A stretch of 64,000 nucleotides of DNA, from NCBI GenBank assembly GCA_015680685.1, contig MNCI01002855.1, positions 1-64,000 of the forward strand, read 5' to 3'. The DNA comes from Gnetum montanum (Eukaryota; Plantae; Gnetophyta). The position numbers and the translations under genes were made by a program. Of this stretch, positions 57,591 to 64,000 are shown in pieces. The notes under the pieces were generated by a model. That model searched no databases, was not told the origin of the DNA, and saw only the letters and a list, made by a program, of their open reading frames with translations. Numbering within the stretch: the stretch's first letter is position 1; each line of letters begins with the position of its first letter.

Positions 57591-57853
57591 GAAATTTGTA
57601 GCATACAAGCTGTAAATATCATTTAAGCTAGCTTATCATCTATAAATGTCATTTAAGAAAGCTTATAAATTGTCAACGCCATTTAATCTAGCTTATAAGC
57701 TGTAAATGTCATTTAAGCTAACTTAAAAGCTATGAATGTCATTTAAACAAGCTTATAAGTTGTAAATGTTATTTAAGCTAGCTTATAAGCTGTAATTGTC
57801 ACTTAAGCTAGCTTATAAGTTGTAAATGTTATTTAAGCTAGCTTATGAGCTTG
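57591..57853. repeat. 30-bp minisatellite (~8-9 copies)
   Basis: Consensus ATTTAAGCTAGCTTATAAGCTGTAAATGTC with exact 30-bp period from 57621 to 57831. Confidence 0.92.
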
Positions 57854-58549
57854 AATTTTGGGTAGTAAAAATGTTAAATATGCTAGCATTTTCACCCTAA
57901 AAGCAAAATACACTGGCTTATAAGCTATCTATTTGCATTACACACAACTTAAACGCTTACATGAGCATATGAAATTGTAACCGATGCAGATCGCAACCTA
58001 TTTAAGCCATATTTGCAATCGATTTTAGGGCTTTTTGATAGATCAATTTTCTAAATAGATATAGTAGAGTAGAGTTGCAGATTATGCAGCCTTAACACCA
58101 CTTTTAGTGTAGATTTTTTTGCAATTTAATAGTAGCAGCATTTGTCCCATGGATGGATTGGGAGACCAGTTTAGATTAAGCACGACACACAGCCTACCAT
58201 ATGCACTATATTCCGAAAATACTTTGAATTGTCTGACCTCTGTAGTAACACTTTTTTTCTCACAATCAATACAAAGTTTTGTAGCTCTTGTTTTGCCAAC
58301 ATTAATGCTTATGTACTCTATTTTTACGATCTACTTTTGAAATCATGCATGTTACATGTTTTCATTTTCCTTGTTTTTGTTAAATACACTCATTACAAAT
58401 TTTTAAGTCTCCAAGTGATCTATCGGACCATTTGGGGCACTTAAAATCATTTTTTGAGACTTGTAGGATTCAAGATTAAATTGTTTCACATTGAAATTTT
58501 TGGTTTTCCAGCACTGAATTTTCCAAGCCTTACAACTTGGCTTACCCAT

Positions 58550-59325
58550 TGATGAGTGACGAGGTACCCCTACACTCAACCATACAAATACGAGCGTTTC
58601 ACGTGCGATCCAGTCGAACTCCAAGGACTAAGTGCTTATGCACCTTAATGGAACACTTAAGGTTAATCAATCGCTGTCTTCCCAAACTTGTATTGTCACG
58701 GTTGTATGGTTAAGTAAGCTTGAGGTATATGATTTTTTATATCTTTTATCTTTTTAATGTCTTATGCTAATAGGGAAAGGTGAAGAGAACTAAGTGACTA
58801 ACTTTCATTAACTATTCACTAACTAAGTTCTAATTGTCCTAGCACTAGTATCCGTTCCCACTTGCCGCACACACCCTGAACCAGTGCAACGCTGCTGAGA
58901 TTACCAAATGCTACTCGCTACTGGGTTACCAAGCGTTACACATGTGCTCGAAGCGGTCGTACTGAATGCACTTAACTAGGAGAATCAAGGGTTGAGAGAG
59001 ATTTAATTATCTAGGAAATTAATTAAACATTTAACAATAATTAAATCCTATTTACCTTAGTCCACATGCTGCAAGGTTTATCAGAAAGTTTGTCTTTATT
59101 ACTGTACACAAATGTGTGCTCAGGTACAATTTGCTCGAATAAAGATCCATTCACTTTAAGAGTCCTACTATGGGCACATGGAAATTATTCTAACTTTGGA
59201 AAGGTAAAACTGTAAGAGTTTGGCTTAGGGTCTAAATCTAAGTGTCTAAAACAGGGAAGGCCGCCTCTTATTTATAGACATTATGGCGGGCTGCGATATC
59301 ACTTATGTGATATCGCGGCTCATCA
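58550..59325 (-). mobile_element. Athila-family solo LTR (776 bp) with perfect 5-bp TSD
   Basis: TGATGAG...CTCATCA, flanked by CCCAT at 58545-58549 and 59326-59330. Confidence 0.92.
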
Positions 59326-59399
59326 CCCATCTTAGCAACATATAGACCTACCACATATATGTGTCCTACTTTAACTCTTCCACCTGCAATTGTCACCTA

Positions 59400-60700
59400 G
59401 CCTAAGATATATCTTCCCAAAATTGACCCATAATACTTGGCATTACTTAGTGATGTTATGACTTATCTTCAAGGTGGTATTCTTAATAATCATATTATTT
59501 CATCTATTTTGATGCCTATTCTACCTAAGGAAGTTTCATTACAAACATTCAATAAGTAAAATGGAGAAACAAGTGACCCCATGAATCATGTGGTTATCTT
59601 CAGGAATGAATGTATATTACTTGCTTGATACCCTCACATTATGCTCAAGTGCTTCTCCAATTCACTATCTAAAAGGGCACTTGAATGATATGGATCTTTG
59701 TCGGATGACTCCATCACTTTCTTATAATAACTATCAATTATCTTTATTAAGCACTTTAAGTTCAATGTACCTCAAAGTAACCATGTTATGACCTTTGTGA
59801 TAATTAAGTAAGCTCTAAATGATCCTATTAAAGAATTCATATCTCGATGAATAGTAGCTTCTACCAAACTACCTTATCACTTAGAGGAATGCCACCTTCA
59901 AGATATATTTGAAGTTACAGTTATTGATTACATCCACAAGAGGATGACCTATCCTAAGCCATTCTCTGAATGATGCTTTCTTAACTACTAGGGACATTGA
60001 AAAAGCTAAAATTCAGTGTGTTGACCAAGAATTCCTAGAAATCTAGAATAAAGTCAACAAAGTTACTAAATAGGAGAAAGGACAGTCAACTTTATAAAGT
60101 GTCTCTTCTATTTCAAAATGAGAAAGTAGAACAATGAGGTGTTAGCCTAGTGGTATGGGTCTTGACTTGGTAACCCCAAGTCACATGTTTGATTCTACTA
60201 GGTGGCATTGAGTTATAAACTTCTAGAAATCTTAGTGTGTAGTTATGTTTTAGTTATTTCGGGTTCTAACACCCCCTCCCTCCAAAATGAAAAAGTAGTG
60301 CTTCTTTGCCTTATGCGTCTTCTTTAATTCAACAACATAGGCACCAAAAGAACAAAGACCAATATATTAAAATACCCATGAGGTATTCTATACTCCTCAA
60401 TAATATTCTTAGAGATGACCAATTAAGGAGGTAGCAAGTGTTTGATCAAATGAGGATGTAATATCATCATATCCAATTAATAGTTCTCAAAGGCAAGAGA
60501 TGATCTTAAGGTTCCAAAATGGTATGATTATAAAAAATATAGTTACTACCATGAGACTACTGGGCATAACATAGATAACTATAGGAATCTAAAGGATGAT
60601 ATTCATAACCTTATAGACAAAGAAAAAATAGTAATTGAAAGTGAACCATTGATAATGCATCCAAATAACTAGTAGTTAGATGTTTTTCAAGATTTTTTAG
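59400..60700 (+). pseudogene. Highly degenerate Tat/Ogre gag remnant
   Basis: PKWYDYKKYSYYHETTGHNIDNYRNLKDDIHNLIDKEKI at ~60514-60630 matches the Ogre gag knuckle pattern PKWYD...C.YH...GH....C..LK..I..LID. Confidence 0.55.
60134..60295 (+). mobile_element. tRNA-derived SINE (family 2)
   Basis: A box TAGCCTAGTGG, B-box-like TGTTTGATTC, A-rich tail. Homologous to 20358-20490. Confidence 0.6.
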
Positions 60701-62242
60701 GAACTATAAATGTTATCTCTACTTTTCATTTAGAAAGAAATGCTCATCATTGTCAGCCAAAAGAGTCATATGTCCTTTAATAATTCGACTACAAAGACTA
60801 AAAACAATGAGTCATATGTGATTCATTGGTTTGATTACACAACCCCCACACCATATATAATTTATTGTTTTAATTGCAAAATTTTGAATCTTCTTTATTT
60901 TGATTTTCTCCAAGCAATCCTCTGTTATTCTGATTTCATCTTGCCTTGATTGCCTAATAGATTTCACTTCAGGCTCTTCTCTATAGGGCCTAGTTGCATG
61001 GATAGCCTTCACTTTGTGTTTTGGTTGTCCACATCCCTAATTCACATTTACCTCTGGGTTGCTTCTCTCTTTTTTTGGGATGGGTCACTCACCTCTAGGA
61101 CTCTCTTAGGTACCATCTACAATCACATGAATGATTTATTATTGTATTATAATCATTATTCCTAAGTGTTTTAACCCTTGATCATCCTTGGTATTGACTT
61201 GATTTTGAAAAATTTTAACACTAACGCTCCTAAGTGATTGCACTGTAACATTCTAGAGGTCCTAAGGGAATTAGTCGATCTTAATTTTCATTTATTTTAA
61301 TCATTTATTAGCATTAACTACCTTAGAAATTTGAGATCTCTATATTTTAAAGGTCTCAAATCATAGATGTACTGCTTCCATGACGTAGAGCTAAACTTTG
61401 AAAGCTTACAAGTTTTCAAATGGGTTAATTTGGGGTCTAGTTTGGAAGATATCATAAGTTAAAGGTTTAAGCTTTCTAAAATAGCAAAAAATCCATTGTT
61501 GAAATGAAAAACATATATAAAAAATTCAGCTAAGTATTGATGTGTATATATATTTTTTGTGGCTTGCATCAACATTGATGTGTGAACAAAGCTTTGTCAA
61601 AGAATCTCACTACATGCATGTAGCAATGTCAATGAGGCTATTGTTGCATATTTTTTGTGAAACTAGCTTAAGTTTTTTGGAATTTTCGAGTAATTTTAAT
61701 TTTAATTGAATGCTAGAAGAAGGATCTTTGGCCATGAAGAACATGTGAATGGTTAAGATGTGATTGGATATGAATTTGATAGATGTTTGAAACTCGGAAT
61801 ATGAAGAATTAGGGTTTGTTTAATGTTATGGCTCAAAGATGAAGAGAAGATGAAAAAATGATGATGCATGATAATGAAATGAATAGCGCTTTAATGTTTA
61901 TGGGCTTATGGAGGTAGTTCATAGGCTATATCTCTAATAGTTATATAAGTAAGTATTCCCCAAAGTTGGCTCTTACTTGAAATGCCCTTGTATAACCATC
62001 TTGCAAAATGTTTGTAGGGAATCAGAAAATTGAAAGTCAATCATCTCTATCTTCCAACACCCACACAACCATTGTTGTTGGGTCCTTGCACTATACTAAC
62101 AAAACATTTAGGCCCATAATTGCATGTAGTAATGAGGTGAAAATGGAATGAGAAGGGATTGCAAATATTGAGACATAAGCTACCTTACTTTTTTTTTGCA
62201 ATAGGTTCTTATGTCAATTATGTTTAGAGTGACCATCATAAC

Positions 62243-63074
62243 TGATGAGTCGTCATTTGGGGTGACCACGATATCGCGTACGCGATATCGCAGCCCATGT
62301 CGCGATATTGGATACGCGATATTGCAGCCCGCCACTAGTTCTATAAATAGGATGTCGCTCCCCTTTGTTTAGGAGTTAGTTCTTAGTTCCCTACCCAAAC
62401 TCTTGCAGTTTTTCCTTCTTAGAGTTACAATTATTTCTCAATGTATGCCCGCAGTGTGGTGAATGTAATTGTACGGCATCCTTTATTCAAGTGTGACGTA
62501 CTTGGACATGCACATGACCGGAAATAAAGATCGATATTACTTCATCATTGCAGCATTCACTAAGCTTAATCATTTAATTAATTTTTATTTACTGTTTTCG
62601 TAGTTAATACCTCTCACCCTTAAACTCCTATTAAATGTGGAATGAGTACGACTTGATTATGAGCATTTAAGTGTGACTACTTGGTAACCTAGTAGCGTAC
62701 CTAGAATTTGCGCTTGGTAATCCCAGTGGTAGTCATGCACGAAATCCAAGATGTGTACAGATAATCAAGGAATGGATACTCATCGCATTTAGGCTAGATT
62801 AGATTCTCTCTTATCATTTCCTCCTAGCTTAGTTAATCTTATTTTCCATTGCCTTCAGGAGTAGCATTAGAGTAGAAACCACATCATACGCCTCACTTTG
62901 GACTAAACCATACGTGACAAAGATAATACTAGTCTAGGTGGGAAGACAGCGGACTGCGACCTAAGGCTAACTATCTAGGTGCCACAACTAGTCCGTTTGC
63001 GGAGTTCGACCAGATCGCGAGTGCAAACGCTCGTATTCGTATGGTTGAGTGTAGGGGTATCTCGCCACTCATCA
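62243..63074 (+). mobile_element. Athila-family 5' LTR
   Basis: TGATGAG...CTCATCA termini, CTATAAATAGG at 62341, AATAAAGATC near 62523, followed by the PBS. Confidence 0.92.
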
Positions 63075-63075
63075 T

Positions 63076-63093
63076 TGGCGCCGTTGCCAGGGA
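63076..63093 (+). other. Primer-binding site (tRNA-Asp), characteristic of Athila elements
   Basis: TGGCGCCGTTGCCAGGGA vs canonical TGGCGCCGTTGCCGGGGA. Confidence 0.88.
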
Positions 63094-63210
63094 TGGTGCT
63101 AGTTATCTAGATTAGTTATATCATACAAGGTCACTGTATAGGACTTAACGATATATCTCTTAGGAAGAAGAAACAATTATAAAAAGTCACACATAAATTC
63201 ACACACAACA

Positions 63211-64000
63211 ATGCCTCTCCTACAAGATTACGATAATGTCACACTTAGTGAGGAAGTTCATTGGAGAACCAACAAACTATATGATAATGAAGATTGGAGT
63301 ATGCAACTCGAGGTGGGGGTTTCTTATAAACATGAACGAAAGAAACGTCATCCCAACGCTTGAAAGCATAACTTACAGGATGACGATGAGCCCCCACTAG
63401 CCACTATGAGCTTAACGCAAATACAAGAGGCTGTTTGAATCTCCCGTAGGCATCATAAAGAGATCCGTCTACCTAGGCTCGATTTAAACAACTTCCCTAC
63501 TTTCTTAGGAGGCTATGAATTAGACCCGCAACAACATTTACTAGCCTTCTATGATGCCTACTCATGGAACAACATTGATACTGGTTGGAAAAAACTTAAG
63601 CTCTTTCCAATGACACTCGTTGGCCAAGCAAAAGTATGGTATATATCATTCAAACCAAATTCAATACGACGTTGGTCAACAATGGTAGAGTTATTTAACA
63701 AAATATATCAAACCTACGCAAGAGTNNNNNNNNNNNNNNNNNNNNNNNNNNNNNNNNNNNNNNNNNNNNNNNNNNNNNNNNNNNNNNNNNNNNNNNNNNN
63801 NNNNNNNNNNNNNNNNNNNNNNNNNNNNNNNNNNNNNNNNNNNNNNNNNNNNNNNNNNNAGAAATGGCTAGATGGGAGAGTGTTGAAAAACACCAACGGG
63901 ACCAAAATCTCAACTTGACAAAGGTCCATGATCATAACAAGGAGAAATCAACCTATCATAAGGAGGAAGAACCATCTTTGCCGGTACAACAACCATCATT
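63211..64000 (+). pseudogene. Athila gag (disrupted; spans an N gap and the window end)
   Basis: FPTFLGGYELDPQQHLLAF...LKLFPMTLVGQAKVWYISFKPNSIRRW, a retrotransposon gag pattern. In-frame stops upstream. Confidence 0.8.

Noticed and set aside
61245-62242. Possible chromovirus-type LTR beginning TGTAACA
   Set aside because: Only the terminus and general composition support it. No partner LTR, PBS or TSD in the window.
62242-62275. CTGATGAG followed by a stem, resembling a hammerhead ribozyme core (retrozyme)
   Set aside because: The leading C is flanking DNA and TGATGAG is the LTR terminus. The stem is followed by GATA, not GAAA, and no stems I/III are evident. The CTGATGAG near 52058 also lacks GAAA.

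Overview
Land-plant nuclear genomic DNA from a draft assembly (N gaps at 13619-13689 and 63726-63859). A ~12 kb gene island (about 20-33 kb) holds an intact 9-exon cytosolic ascorbate peroxidase (+, 22182-24976, 251 aa, intron 4 is GC-AG), a convergent LURP-one-related (LOR/Tubby-C-like) gene (-, first exon not found), and a small chalcone-synthase-like (type III PKS) fragment ~100 bp past the LOR stop. Nearly everything else is nested, decayed LTR retrotransposons. An Athila-type Ty3/gypsy family (TGATGA...TCATCA LTRs, tRNA-Asp PBS, env-like extra ORF) fills 1-19.7 kb and recurs at 58.5 and 62.2 kb, with several solo LTRs carrying TSDs. A minus-strand Tekay-type chromovirus (36693 to ~56886) contains two SIRE-like copia LTRs and a pol-less Tat/Ogre element whose internal region carries a decayed, intron-containing antisense gene. 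tRNA-derived SINEs and many local tandem duplications are also present. I found no wholly new biological system. The best leads are the spliced antisense gene in the Tat/Ogre element, the CHS-like fragment behind the LOR gene, the repeat-built GC-AG intron of APX, and tail-to-tail SINE pairs upstream of APX. All family assignments are from motif recognition by eye; no database searches were run.
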